Assembly (NCBI GenBank): GCA_977862235.1
Contig: OZ374559.1
Location: 620,001-684,000 of the forward strand
DNA: 64,000 nucleotides
Origin: Dudresnaya verticillata
Lineage: Eukaryota
Direction of reading: 5' to 3'
Each line of letters begins with the position of its first letter. The stretch's first letter is position 1. Below the pieces are notes generated by a model. The model made no database searches, had not been told where the DNA came from, and saw only the letters and a list, made by a program, of their open reading frames with translations. This document shows positions 34,615 to 47,470 of this stretch, in pieces. A program made the translations under genes and the position numbers.

Positions 34615-37329
34615 TGTTTGCTTCCGCAGCGTACGAGGGGGTGTTTGGAGGAGGATTGCAGAGGCAAAGTGGCGCATACGTCTTCAACCCGTTGCAGAAT
34701 ATTTATCTAAAAGATCTCTTTTTCTGATGTTTTTTGCGCATCCAATATGAAAGCCGCACAGGTGTCTGATGCCTCCAAGCGGAAGGGACCACTTCTTCAC
34801 ACATTTCTAAGCATTTCTACGGGGCAAGGGGTCAGCAATGCATATTGTCGGTGAGTCTCGCAATGTCGCAATGAGGGCCTCTTATGGCCTCCAGGCAGTT
34901 ACAGGCCCTGAGAGAACTTATCGTAGCCCCATTCGCATTTTTCTCGAACTACTGGAACTAAAGCAGTTAATTGAAAATTTCTGACCTTAGTGATTCGGTT
35001 CTTGATAACAGAAACGCGCTTCTCAGAAACTAAGCTAGCTCAGAGAAAAAGAAAATTCCCATGGGTAGTATTACGTCCTAAAAAATAAATCAACTCAGCC
35101 AAGAGCTAGTTCTGGTTGTGAGACAATTTAATAAATCAGCGACGTTTCCGGTAAGCTGGTACCTTACAGTCAGTACTTTGTATAAAGAAACGTAACAGAG
35201 CTACATGTCTTCGACAGGGACCAAAGAGGGGGCTGGAATTCTGGATTATTGGCCAGGATTAAACATAGGAATGCTATTTCGATGTTTTGTAGTTGTGAAT
35301 TAGTGTGTTGTGTTTTATATATTTCCTAAACTGTTCTCTTTCATCCACACGGACTTCATTCTTTTCTTGTTGCTTTTCATATAACGCAAAAATTAGTTTG
35401 AAAATACAACGCCATTGTCATCACTGCTCCCGCTCTGTCAACTCCAGTGAGCCTAGATACCCTTCGTACATAGCAATTTTTCCGTTGCGGATTCGCACCG
35501 AAAAACGCTCGGGGAATCGAAGCAACCACTCCAACGGCCCTAGTTCTGCCAGCCTTTACACCTTCGCTAATCATTCTTATTTTTTGCTCCCTGATACGCT
35601 TGTGCCTCAGTGAGTGTTCATATACCGTGAGCTCCGTCGCCGAAAACATTTTCGCTGGGGAATGAAAGAAAGGGCAAGTCCAGTTTAATTGTTTTCGTAA
35701 CTTCAATAATAATTCTTAATTAAAAAGGTCAAATGATTGCCCATACTGTCTGAGCTGTTCTCGAAGATTTGCAGAATAGCAGGATTTTTTAATCCCCTTG
35801 TCAATGCTTGAGAGGTTGCTTTTATGGTTGTCTTCATCACTTCTACCTTACGTATTGCTCCATAAATATTGGCAGCCGTAAATCTCCGTTTACTGCCACG
35901 CTTAGCATGAACGCAAAGGGTGGAGCAACATCATGATTACAGAGAGTGCCTGTAGCACTCCCTCTTTTATCAAAACTATTTTCACCTCCGCTGACACGAG
36001 GTGACAGCAAGAGATGCTAATACTCCGTTAACAGAAAATCAGTCTCTGCAGTCGCAACAGCCTCCCGAGCCCATGCCCACACCAAGTTCTACAACGGCAC
36101 CCACTCAAGACATCACAGCACACAACGCAGATGTGATGCTTTTCTACAGGTCCTTTCCAGAGAACGCACATTCCGGGACATCAACTTTCCCAGCATAGCC
36201 GCGTTGCACCGAAACAAGTCTGCGAACAACGGCGCTGCCTGCACTCCTCGCTGCTCCACGGCAACTCCTCCAACAGCTCAGGCCAACAACCCTTGCGACG
36301 TGCTGCGTGTGAGTGTTTCCGCAGCGCGTTCGTCTGCCATGGTTGTCACGAGGTCCATGACGAAGAGCCGATGACTGACAGGGAGAAGCGCCCATTTTAG
36401 AGTACACGCGTTGCCAAAGAGCACCGATTGCTCGCGAGCCAATCACAAAACTTGTGACGGTGAGCATTTTTAATTTTAGAGCTCGCCGCAAGGGTGCTGC
36501 CAGTTGCCTTCGGAATGCCATCAATTCTCTGCGACTAGAGAGGTTCAACGCTAGACTCGATGTGCTTAATATAGAATGGATTGACATCTGGTCTGATAAG
36601 TGCTGTCGCTCTCCCCAGAACAGTGGCAGGTTTGTCCGCAGGAGAAAAGTGTTGGTTATGGAGCATTTCCGGAGACCTCGCTCTGCTGCAGTTCGTCAGG
36701 TCAGTTTTGCTCCATATCAGGTTTGATCTGCGACTTGTTCTTCATCCGCCAACGAACGAAACAAGTTCCCCGTTCTCGTCCTCCATGATAGCGGCTACGC
36801 TTTAGAAAAATTGAAATGCACGAGGCAAACCAGCCAGGGTCGACACATTGGCGGAACCCTACAGGTTCTAAAATGACTTTTGTTGGCACTGAACCATTTG
36901 CTTCATATCACACACTCTTGGTGATAACAATTTCTATGTCGGCAGACTTGCTGAGACTGGTCTCAAGAACGAGTCTCTTTATGTAGAAACTGAACCACAC
37001 AGTCCAAATTCAGCTTTTCCATATTTAGAACCTCAGCATCTACTTCCTGTACCATAGGGAGCCAGTCCGCGAAGGTAGCTTTGGACAATTTCCGTTGCGT
37101 CGGCAAGAAGAAAATAACAAAGTCGGAGGGTGCTGTGATTAGAAACCAAACTCTCGCGATATTCTCAGTTGTGTCCTGGCATCTTTCGAAAAAGCACACC
37201 ACGTCAATTAATAGACTCAAAACTGTGGCCTGTGGACCTTCCAGCGCAGGGATAGGTTAACAATGGTCATGGCTGCCAATCTATCAAACACATATCACTC
37301 CCGGTACACATTACAACAACAACAAACTC

Positions 37330-37337
37330 TATATAAA
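37330..37337 (+). promoter_or_regulatory. TATA box of the PLA2 gene
   Basis: TATATAAA about 90 nt upstream of ATG 37426; similar spacing for the genes starting at 23586 and 31369. Confidence 0.55.
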
Positions 37338-37425
37338 CTTCACGAGTTGATTCTCATTGTGCAAAAGTTCAAGCATCAGCCTGACAATCCCACAAGCATC
37401 CCAGTACTTCTGACACACATAAGCA

Positions 37426-37854
37426 ATGTTGCGTTTCTTGTTCACACTCTTCGTCTGTCTCTTCTTAACTGGAGCGTTCAGTGCCCCAACCCACCCTGCA
37501 GGCGCTTCAACGATCGAATCGGAGTCATCTGAGAAAATAGCTATCCCCATTCACGGAAACTGGTGCGGACCAGGCCACGGGCTCTCCACTCTACCCCGGT
37601 CTGCTCCATGCGTTGATCAGCTTGATTGTGCGTGCAAGCAGCATGACATTTGCTACGCAGACCACGGATTCGGAACGTGCAAGTGTGACGTTGATGTTAT
37701 TAACGCCGTCCAAGGCAATATCAGTCCCAAAGCTGTTCTAGTCTCCACTTACTTCAAGGTAAGTGCCTGTCAGGGTCCGATGGGGTATGGGAGTGCTTGC
37801 AAGATGGAGCTTGTATTCTCGAACAAGGGACAGTTTTCAAGATATAGCTGCTAG
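37426..37854 (+). CDS. Secretory phospholipase A2 (plant/prokaryote-like small sPLA2), 142 aa
   Basis: Signal peptide; Ca-binding loop HGNWCGPGHG; catalytic motif VDQLDCACKQHDICY; CKCD. The 3' end is uncertain because of a possible GTAAGT donor at 37759. Confidence 0.88.
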   Translation: MLRFLFTLFVCLFLTGAFSAPTHPAGASTIESESSEKIAIPIHGNWCGPGHGLSTLPRSAPCVDQLDCACKQHDICYADHGFGTCKCDVDVINAVQGNISPKAVLVSTYFKVSACQGPMGYGSACKMELVFSNKGQFSRYSC

Positions 37855-39004
37855 TATTGCGGATTCGCCAAAAAATCCTGTTTGGTTGCACACAAGAGTT
37901 CGAGTTTTTGGAAACTTTGCTGACCGCTTGCACCATAGAAAGTTAATCGTAACGTGATAGAAAGCAACAATATCAAAATCCCAGTAGTATTGAAAATTTA
38001 TGCTGTAAACATGAGCTGCTGTCAATGCTAGCCATGTTTAAGAAGGTAAAAGAATGCACACGGAATGAATGGAATGCTGACGAAAGGGAAAGCGATGCAA
38101 AACAGGATGAATGGGCATTGATAAGTTGGTAAGAGTTATTGTGGTTCGATGGCTAGAACTACTGCAGACCTCGAGAAGGTCAGTATAAATAGACCAAAGT
38201 CTGCACTACATCGTAGTCTGTAGCATGAATACAACTACAGTACTAGACGTAACATAAACCTAACAAACCGCTAGTTCTGTCAGACCGTAGCCGTGAACCG
38301 CTGGAATAATCTTAACAACATATCTGGTATGTAACTACTCGACTGCTTGAACAAGAAGTGCATTACAAGAAGCAGTAAAACAAATACTGTGAAACAAATA
38401 CTGTGAACGGCAGTGCTTGAGCAATAACCAGCGAAAAATCTTGAATAGTAGAGTTTCAACCATGCGTGAGCAGCTCTTCAAGCCAAGCTATTCACATGTA
38501 GCGACATTTATATATACAGCCTGACCGATGTTGAGGAAAAAGTGCGACAATACAGTAGAGTTAAAATGGATTAAAATGGATTAGGGCAGAACCTTGAGTT
38601 CCATAAGGCTTGAACTTACCGGGGATGCCTGAAACGTAGAGTTCTTTTTGTTGATCATCATCGAGCATATTGTCGCATGTATTCACGCCGCTTGAAATAG
38701 AAATCTATTCGAAAAAGCGCGATCTCTGCTTTCATTCGAAAGTTCACAAGAAGAGCGCAGTACTGAAAGCGCAACAGAGAATTTTAAGACACATACTATT
38801 GTCCCAAAACTCATACCACTGTCAATGTTGAGCTCATTTAAAATAACAACAGGGGGATTTCATGGCAGAAAAAAGGACCTCTCCGTCTACGGGGAAACTT
38901 CGCCTCACTACTCGTTTACTCTCTTTAGTTCTCCAATGCGTCGCGGTGAGTGTCAACCGCCGCAAGCTTGCTCCTCCGCCTCTTTATGGTAGCTCTGAAT
39001 CCTA

Positions 39005-39058
39005 AGCCCCCTTAAGGGGCTTCTCTCTTGTTCTTTAATAAAGGTCTCTCTCTCTCTC
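39005..39058 (+). mobile_element. Retroposon 3' tail (CCCCTTAAGGGG palindrome, AATAAAGGT, CT repeat)
   Basis: Matches the reverse complement of 28113-28165. Confidence 0.55.
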
Positions 39059-42000
39059 AGAAGAACAGTCAATAACTGTACGTAGGATATGGAATATGCT
39101 TGCATTTTTTCCATGCAACATTGTTCTTGCCTAGGAGCTTTGTCGTCGTTACGGCCTGCATTCGGTTTGCTCAAACAGTATCGCGGAGATCGGAGGGCGT
39201 AGCTTGAGTTGAAAGCAATTTTCTCTCTGGCGGACAGGGCAGCCTGCGCGGGAAAGTCAGATCAGGGTGTTAGAGGCTCTTTTGTGTGCCTCACTATTAA
39301 TACCTCGATAGCTGGCGGAGGGGCGCAGGCGAGTCCCGCTCAAGGCACCAGTAGTGGCTGTAAGGCGAGTACCTCGGAGGTGCGGAAGCGCACCTCGCGA
39401 AAGGTTACTGACAATTAATTAGTGCCGAGACCGGAGAGAGTCAGAATAAAGAAGGCCGCAGAGGGCTGAGGGGGGTCGCACTGAAGAGGGTAACGAATGA
39501 GAACAAGGAACAACAGCTATCCAAGAGTGCGCAATGGCGTGGAAACCTAGGAGGAGTCCTACTTTTCAAAACAACTACCGTGTGGACCATAACCATAATG
39601 TCTTGGATTGATCGGGGACCAGGAAGGTTACAGAAGTTGTAAGTTATTGAACGGCCTACTCCTCAAAGGAGTCTCTTCGACTGGGTTTGGGTTTAAGTAC
39701 ATATAGAGTACAACTGCATCGCCGAGAATCCGTGTGACGCTTTCAGCCGACTTATGCCGAGCGCGCGATCTCAAGCAGACAATCAAGCAGACAACCAAAT
39801 GAAGAAATCTCTCTCTGCTGCCTACAGCAACGACTGGAGGTCCTGCTGTAAGACTGCAGCGGGCAGACAGACAGCGTGGCAGGCGTTGTCGTCAGAGAGA
39901 AACTGTATTTGGGCGGGTTGTTTCAAACAACTTGTTTGCTCTGTACATGCTCACTGCGGTTTGGTCAGACAGTTCGACGAAGTAGGGCGGGCAGGACAGT
40001 CTCCACCTATCCATTGCATCGTAGTGTCGCCAGCTGCGAAATTGTGGTGGCAGACGTCACTCCGATTCTGTTGAAGCAATCGTTGTTCATGTTCCTGGCT
40101 CAACGCTGTCAATTGACGCAGCTACCGAAATGCTCTAAAACATTTCATACACACACGTTGTTTGAAAAGTGCTTCCTGCAAAGGATGGCAGGCAGACCAG
40201 AATAGTTGAGGTTGTTACGGTGCCTACCAGAACTCTACTTAATCGGGTAAGCACGACTTCCTGGAAAGACCATTGTTTTCTGCCCTTCGATTTTCTTCGC
40301 GAACATCCTCCCAGTGAACAAAACGTGTCTGCGTTGCAGACGACGTCCTGCAGCAGCGAAGACATTGTAGACTCCGCAACCTCTCGGCTACTCCATCTCG
40401 ACGTTACAGCTGCTCGCCTCCGGCTGAACAATCGTGACACGCTCGGCATTCACGCTAAGCCCGATTGGCAGTCCGCGCCACGAGAAGTCTTCCCATGTCG
40501 CGCAAATGTGGAGAGCAAAAAGCCTCCGCCCACGCTTGTCAGGATGGAACGGTGATCTACAGTATTCCAAGGTCTGATACGTCCTGACGGACTATGCGCT
40601 TCCGGTTGCACCATCCGCATCGTTCGATGAAACCCCTTTGTTCCGCGTAATCCGTCCACATTGGACAGAAGTTGCACTACAGCAACGTGCAATCATGAAA
40701 TGACCTCTTTTCTCGCTGCACACCTCCCTCGATGATTACTTCTAGGGCGTGTTGTGAACGTTGTGTAACCTTCGCCCTATACGATATATTCTGCATTTCT
40801 GTAGATACACCACATAACGTTTACAAGAGGTAGCGCACTGTTCGCCCGCGCTGCACGGCGACTCACCTTCGGAGCGGGGAGCACATGGTGACCAGTGCTG
40901 TAATGGAAAGGGATGTTCAAAGGAGATAATCCTCCTGCGAAGCGCTCCGTACAGCATGAGACAACTGGCATCGATCGGTCGAACCTATCCGTCCGTCCCC
41001 TCCCAACCCTGTTGTAGCAGGTGTGTTCAAGGTGCGGGCAAACGACTGCGTTATGTGCAGAATGAAGTACGGATGCTGCTCGCAGGAATGCCCAAAGGTA
41101 CGGTACGATACTGTTTCCACGTAGCGTTACATGCAGCTATTTGCTGACGTCACTCGATTCCGATTGCAATGTTCTTCCCACCGATGTGCGTTATTACATG
41201 GAGGCGGTACGTGTGTGATCCCGATCACCGATACCTTACATCAATCGACGCGACGTTGCATCTCCCGGGCTGGAGACTCCAGTGCTTCTCCTTCCGCCCT
41301 GAGTTTAAGTACGTGTACCCTCGTGCAGCCTGGCAGGCAGGACTGGCGACGACCTGCCACTCTTCGACCGCCTACCCGAAAAAACATACTATCTCGCATG
41401 ATGAAGGCACTCTGGGTCGTGTGCAATGGGACTATTTTTAATTGATTTTTTAGCATATACGTGGGACTTACGGGTTCCACTCAGTTACCGCTTGCCGGCA
41501 CCTTTGCGGTTCCGAGTCGCCCACCGCCACGCGCACCTGGGCACAGTACTCAGCCATCTCGGCGTGCCCGATGCTAGAGAGATGGGGACCTTTATGGTAG
41601 AGGGACGCCGAGACAAGAGGGATAGCTAGTAAGCTTGTACACCCTCCACGGTATTTGACAATAGCGTACATTATTCGGAGACGCTCAGGAGGTTACTCAG
41701 GCGGTTGAGCGACACTTTGTGCACTTTTGGGATCAATGAATGACGCCTATCGGAAAGGTACGGAATTGCAGAGCATGTGTGTAGACGTAGATTGATAACG
41801 GATGCTATCGCGCGCGCACGTGCGCGCGCACGTACTTGTGGAGCGTTTGCTCTCGAGGCGCCAAGGAGTTGATCCAGCGAACGAGATGTACTTGTAGTTG
41901 GTTCTCTGAACGAGCATCGTTGCTGCCTCAGCATGATTGGCAAGCCGCACACTCTTCAGATCTGGACCGCTACGTGAAGCAATGTCATCCGGCCATCCTG

Positions 42001-44295
42001 TACTATCAATGTCCTTCACGGCACTGTTGGCACGGGTGGATCTCACGGAAGATCCCGACGTGAGTAATTTTACAGTTCCCTTGGACCAGAAATGTGGACT
42101 TCTACACAAAGAGTCGTCGCGCTGCATGTTTGCATATGTTTCTGGAGCACTCGATCTCAATACAGAGATTCTCCAGAGAAAATGGACGTGCACCATTAAG
42201 CTGCAGCCCACGTCTGTCCATGTCATGTTTTCGACGGGAATCTCGACTCTTGCAGAGAGCGATGACGACAAGCATAGCAATCTCTGCGAAAAATAACTCA
42301 AAAGGGGTCCGAATGTTGGGATGATTGTCCGGCGATCGGCCACAGATGGGATGTGTGGATAGTTCGAAATGCTGGAACGGGAACAGAACTTCTTTTCGCA
42401 AGGAACGCTGCTCAATGTGTCATCACAATGACGGCCTCATAGAGCTGGTTTCTTGCCTTCCTGTCTTTACTCAATGTTTACAGCAACCCGGGTGGCAACT
42501 TGCCAGCTTGCTACTAGCATTTGAAGCGCCTCGGAAAGTTTTGATCTTAAAAGTCATTGACAAGGTCCAGCTGTACGTTCGAAATCCACTGAGGCTTAGC
42601 TGCTTTGTTTTTATTCGCCAACCTGAAGCGACTCCGTTATATTATCGCCACACAGCAACTCGATGTCCTTCAGCATGGTTTTCTCTCGTCCCAGCAAGCT
42701 CCTTTGGCACCGAATCAGTGCGGGAGGGGGAAACAGGAAGCAGCCGAGAAAGAGCAGTTTGCCTAGATCGTCAAACAGGCACTGTCAACTAAGTACATGT
42801 TGACAGGTCCCTTAATTGTCCAGTTTTTGTGAGGATCAATATACGATACACATGTACTGTTCTTCGCCCGCAATCGATGAGCACATTTGAGAAGCGGAGA
42901 GCATTCCATATCAAGGTATCTCTGCGAACCCGCTAAGTACTTCAAATACTGTATGCCCGCGAAGTCCGTGACGGGCTATCATCATGTGCAGTCAACACTC
43001 GGTGGTACGAATACGGGCAGAACCCTAAACGCACCATGTGAATTAAGCGATACCAATGTCATTACACCCCAGTTCTACAACAGCCCGTCCAACTTTCCAT
43101 CCTCTGTTCTTCGCAAGAACGTAGTACAGTATGTAGCATGCCATATCTATGATTACCCTCTTCCCCAGCACGACATAAAGTTTATGTTCACGAAGCCCTG
43201 CTCCCACCTACTGTAGCTGTTCTCCAAAGATTTCCAGCAAATACCTGCAGATAGAGTGGGTCTGGCCTCGAAGACTGCCGCCCTCCGCAGCTTCGCATCT
43301 ACGACAACGAACGTAAAAGTCACCGTTTCTAGTGAAGTACGAATTGCAGAACTCTCACCAGTGATGCAATCTAGCAGGATGCCCTCGAAATGGGTGTGAC
43401 GTTACAAGCGGCATAGTCGTTCTATGCGCTTGTTGGCTTTTAAGCCGCTCCTTTTTGTACCTGTTCCTCGATCATGAAACCCCCGGATGTTGTAATAGGG
43501 TCAATATTGTATCCTCGTGCCAGAGCGATAACCTTCACATATGACGTCTTTTCTTCCCGATGCATTGCATATCAAATACAAGATCCGCTGAAATTTGGTG
43601 TATCTACTGTATGTTGCAATTTGTAATGCTTCAAGTTCCAAGTTTAAAGCGAGATTCACGGAGCCGCCTAGTCACGATATTGTTGATGGGGGAAAGCCCT
43701 TCAAAGGGTGAAGGGAAATTGGGGCTCATCCTTTGACTAACCTCAGTTGAAGGCTTCAGATTTATCAGACAGTGAGGTGTGTGTGGACAGAATGTGCACA
43801 GAACCTTCCTGTCATGTCCTACAAATCTATTCCAGCTCAAGTCCCAGGCTGGCGTGACGGGGGCGGGGGTCCCGTGGGACAGGACAAAGAGGTCTCCTCC
43901 GCAGGCAATCCGTGATTGCGCAATCCCTCGCAGAATCCATTGGCAGCAAGGATGGTAATAATACATATACTGCCACCTGTATGGAGAATTGGTGCATCGC
44001 AGAAGGCTCTATGCGCGTGCTCTCACGCGCTGTTCGAAAACGTTTTGTTATTATTGAGCTGCACAGGATGCCGTCAATACTGTAGATCCTGCTACAACAA
44101 GCGAAGGAATCGCTGTATTATTCCCAACCCTAGAGATGGCGGATCTCGCTCCACCAGCCAAGAACGCAATATGTAACGTTTCTGCGCTACTCCGTCACAA
44201 GCTCAGCCCTATTAAAGGCTGAAGCTAAGGCGGCCAGAGTTGATCGATGACTGGAATGGCATCCCGTAGCAGCAGCTACTTGCTTCCTTCGCAAA

Positions 44296-45789
44296 ATGAA
44301 TGTTCTTCGCCTCTCTCTCTCATTTGCCTTTTTGCTCTCCCTCGCTCCACAGCTAAGCGGTCAAGGTGTTGATACTGTTCCTTGTGGGACAGCACGAATC
44401 AATTATTCAAACCGTGGAGCCGGAGTTGTTCGCATCCTCTTTGAGGCCAATCTTAATCTGGTCTTCCTCCCTCCGTTGCTCAGCGTAGAAGCATCCGGTG
44501 TTTGGTTCAATACCCTCAACAACCGGAGAGGGTCTTTCTCCACGCCCGGGCTTAGACCCCAGCTTCGACGCTTTGCTAGAAGGTATTCAGACTTCTGGGA
44601 TATCCGGACAGGTGCAGGTATCGTCACCATTAGCTTCCCTGTCATTCGTGCAACAGGCCTAACGGGCCGATGCAGGGGACTTGTCCCAATCAGGGTCATT
44701 CCAGTTGGAGAGCCTAGTACCACAGCCTCTGCAGAAGGCGAGCTCGTCGCGGAGGGTGCAGATCTTGCTCTGGTCGTGGACACAACTGGAAGTATGGCTG
44801 ACGACATCGCCAGTGTCAAGGCCTCCGCTAGTAACATTGTGGATCAACTTGCAGCGAGGAATCCGTTCTTCCGTGTTGCTGTCGTTCAGTACAACGACCC
44901 GTCTGCTTCGGTCGTGCAGGGTTTAACGAATAACCGAGGGGCAATCACATCTGCCATCAACAGTCTAGGTGCCTCAGGAGGTGGCGACTTTCCGGAATTC
45001 GTATACAGCGGAGTGCGACTGGCGATCAATCTGCCGTGGAGTTCTTTCTCATCTCGTACAATCATTGTTATCGGTGATGCACCACCGAAGGACCCAGAGC
45101 CAGGCACTGGTTTAACGCAGGCAGCCATTACTGCGCTTTCAAATACTCTGTCAGTGTCACTTGACGTTTCTGGTGTAGCTAGGATTGGAACTCCTGCCCG
45201 GTTAGGGACAGTTGCTGTGTCGCATGAGAAGGATTCTGAGTCGGAGCAAGTAGGGCCGGTGGCACTGCGTCAAGGAGATCCCGAGATTGAAATTATCGAA
45301 GTCTCGTTCCCCGGACTGAATCCACTGTTCATGATTCCGATTGGAACTAATGCTCAAACAACTGCATCATTTACGGCCCTAGCCGAAGAGACAGGAGGAA
45401 AGACGATCCCATCTCTGGATGCTTCTGGTGTGGTCGATGCGATTATTACGGCGATTGATGAGGGTACAGATCCAATCCCGTCACCGGAGGCAGAGACGCC
45501 GGTAATCAAGAAACTGAAGCTGAAATCGATCTGTTGGAGGACGAGGAAGAAGCACATCATGCAAGTGAAGAACAAGAATGATTTCCCAGTCGACTTTACG
45601 TGGGAAGTCAAGGGACGAAGAGGGAGCAGCGGGAGTGACACTGTGGCCGCCGGGAAAACCGAAGAGTTTGTCATCAAGGGCAGATTCCCTCGAGAGAAGG
45701 TAACGATCATGTACAAAGATGAGATGGGAGAAATGCTTAAAAGGTCGAGAAGGACAGGCAGGAAGAGGTGCTTTAAGCGGAGAAAGTGA
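44296..45789 (+). CDS. Secreted von Willebrand factor type A (VWA) domain protein, 497 aa
   Basis: Signal peptide; MIDAS-type DLALVVDTTGSM; RVAVVQYND; GGGDFPE; IIVIGDAPPKDPEP; beta-rich N- and C-terminal accessory domains. Confidence 0.92.
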   Translation: MNVLRLSLSFAFLLSLAPQLSGQGVDTVPCGTARINYSNRGAGVVRILFEANLNLVFLPPLLSVEASGVWFNTLNNRRGSFSTPGLRPQLRRFARRYSDFWDIRTGAGIVTISFPVIRATGLTGRCRGLVPIRVIPVGEPSTTASAEGELVAEGADLALVVDTTGSMADDIASVKASASNIVDQLAARNPFFRVAVVQYNDPSASVVQGLTNNRGAITSAINSLGASGGGDFPEFVYSGVRLAINLPWSSFSSRTIIVIGDAPPKDPEPGTGLTQAAITALSNTLSVSLDVSGVARIGTPARLGTVAVSHEKDSESEQVGPVALRQGDPEIEIIEVSFPGLNPLFMIPIGTNAQTTASFTALAEETGGKTIPSLDASGVVDAIITAIDEGTDPIPSPEAETPVIKKLKLKSICWRTRKKHIMQVKNKNDFPVDFTWEVKGRRGSSGSDTVAAGKTEEFVIKGRFPREKVTIMYKDEMGEMLKRSRRTGRKRCFKRRK

Positions 45790-47470
45790 AAGTAGTCCTT
45801 GAACTTTTTTCCCTAGAGCTGAAACGATGTGTGCTGAAAAGGTGTTATGGGAGGCTTTATGGGCATACACCGGCACTCGTTTACGGGGCGTGGTACGTAA
45901 AGTTTGAATCACGAAGCCGGGCAGCCCTGGAGGCACAATAGCACAATTCTGGACGCTCAGCTCGCCCACAATTATCCTCAAGTCTAGGTACCATCTGAGT
46001 TCCAGTACAGTACCTCTTAAAGGTCTGCGTGTTAGTCGTGCAAGCTTGGGCACCATTTGCAATATTAAACAATGTGTGTTTTTCAACCATAGGGGATGCG
46101 CCCTTCTTGAATATAGTATTAAACAATGCAGAATCACTGGGATTATAATAGAGACTCAAAGTATGTTTACAAAGACTCTACGGAATGGAGGAAAGCAATT
46201 TATCTCTACCCACGTTTCAAAAGTAATAGCAGCAGCTATTGAAAGCTGTTGCTTTCCTTGACACTAGAAAAGAGCTTATTGGAGCACCTAATGCGACAAG
46301 ATTAATTTTATCCGGCGCATGTCGTGATCTTGTGAGTAGCGAAGAGATCAACTTTTATTTTGCAGCCGTCCAGTGGATGCTTCTTCTGACGACCTGGGCC
46401 CCTAGTATTCGCCGAATCACCCGATGAAATTGGTGTTCCTCTGCTAACCACAGGCTGTGGTCAACAGTAGCCAATTAATCGGATACCGCACGCTAGCTTC
46501 ATGCGTGGTTTATTTCAAACCTGCGCCACTATCAATATCTTTACATTAATGGACATCTGTGGTCCCTGGGACGACTAGATTGCCCTGCTTTTTCTGGATA
46601 CGGGTCGCTTCCTCCTCCTTTAAAATTAGGGCGTAAAGTTTAATAACCCTTCCTTCCCCTTAAAAAAAAGTATTGCTGTCAAGGTGCCACAAAAAACTTT
46701 TCTCTGATCCTTATTATCGCAAAAATCAAGAGTAATATTTGAAGGACATACTGATTTTACTATGGATGCCTGACCCCACAATGAGGAGTTCCCAGCAAAG
46801 ATTGTTTGTTGTTTTGCGGTAGACTGGGGTTCTGATCGTCAGATTACTCCGCAGTCTAATTTTCTGCTGCGAGCTGGAAGGGGTAGACTGTTCTACGGTA
46901 AAGGACCTTCTGTGTGAGTGAATGGTTTCTGTGTGTGGCGTCAAGCAGAAATGAGGTGGAGGGTTTTTGTCGTTTTTCCGTGTCAATAAGAAAAGAAAAG
47001 AAAACAGGAAGGAGAAACCGTGAAGGAATCTTAGTAGAGAGAGAAGGCTGATGGGTTTGTCTGGGAGAAAGAACGTAAGTTTACCAGTACAATGAGTCAA
47101 CCGAGCAGGGTCAATGGGTAAAGAGCAAAATGGCGTTGCAGAGAGAGGGCTTGAATTTGCTTCATTCAGAAATGCGCTTCAGTTGATTTTCATAAAAATA
47201 GCATAAAAACAACGACACACACACCTTCATTTTAATCCAAGGAGCAACTCTTTGGGAAAGGGTAAAAAAACGAACGACCGACCGTCACCGGCGCAAGGCT
47301 TCCTCCCGCCCAACCCGAGCAGTTTAACTAGAGAGTCTGCAGCGCTGCACACCCCTCCTTTGACTGATCCAGAACGACATCCTTTTCGTGCCCGCTCAAC
47401 CGTGTTCGCTCTACCCCGGAGCACAATCGAATCCAATCGTATCAAGACTCCCGTGACAAGCTGCTTCAGT

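Noticed and set aside
39700..43600. Possible decayed NTPase or transposase gene on the minus strand (LLGREK, TPFELFF words)
   Set aside because: The fragments are too short and inconsistent to assign by eye.
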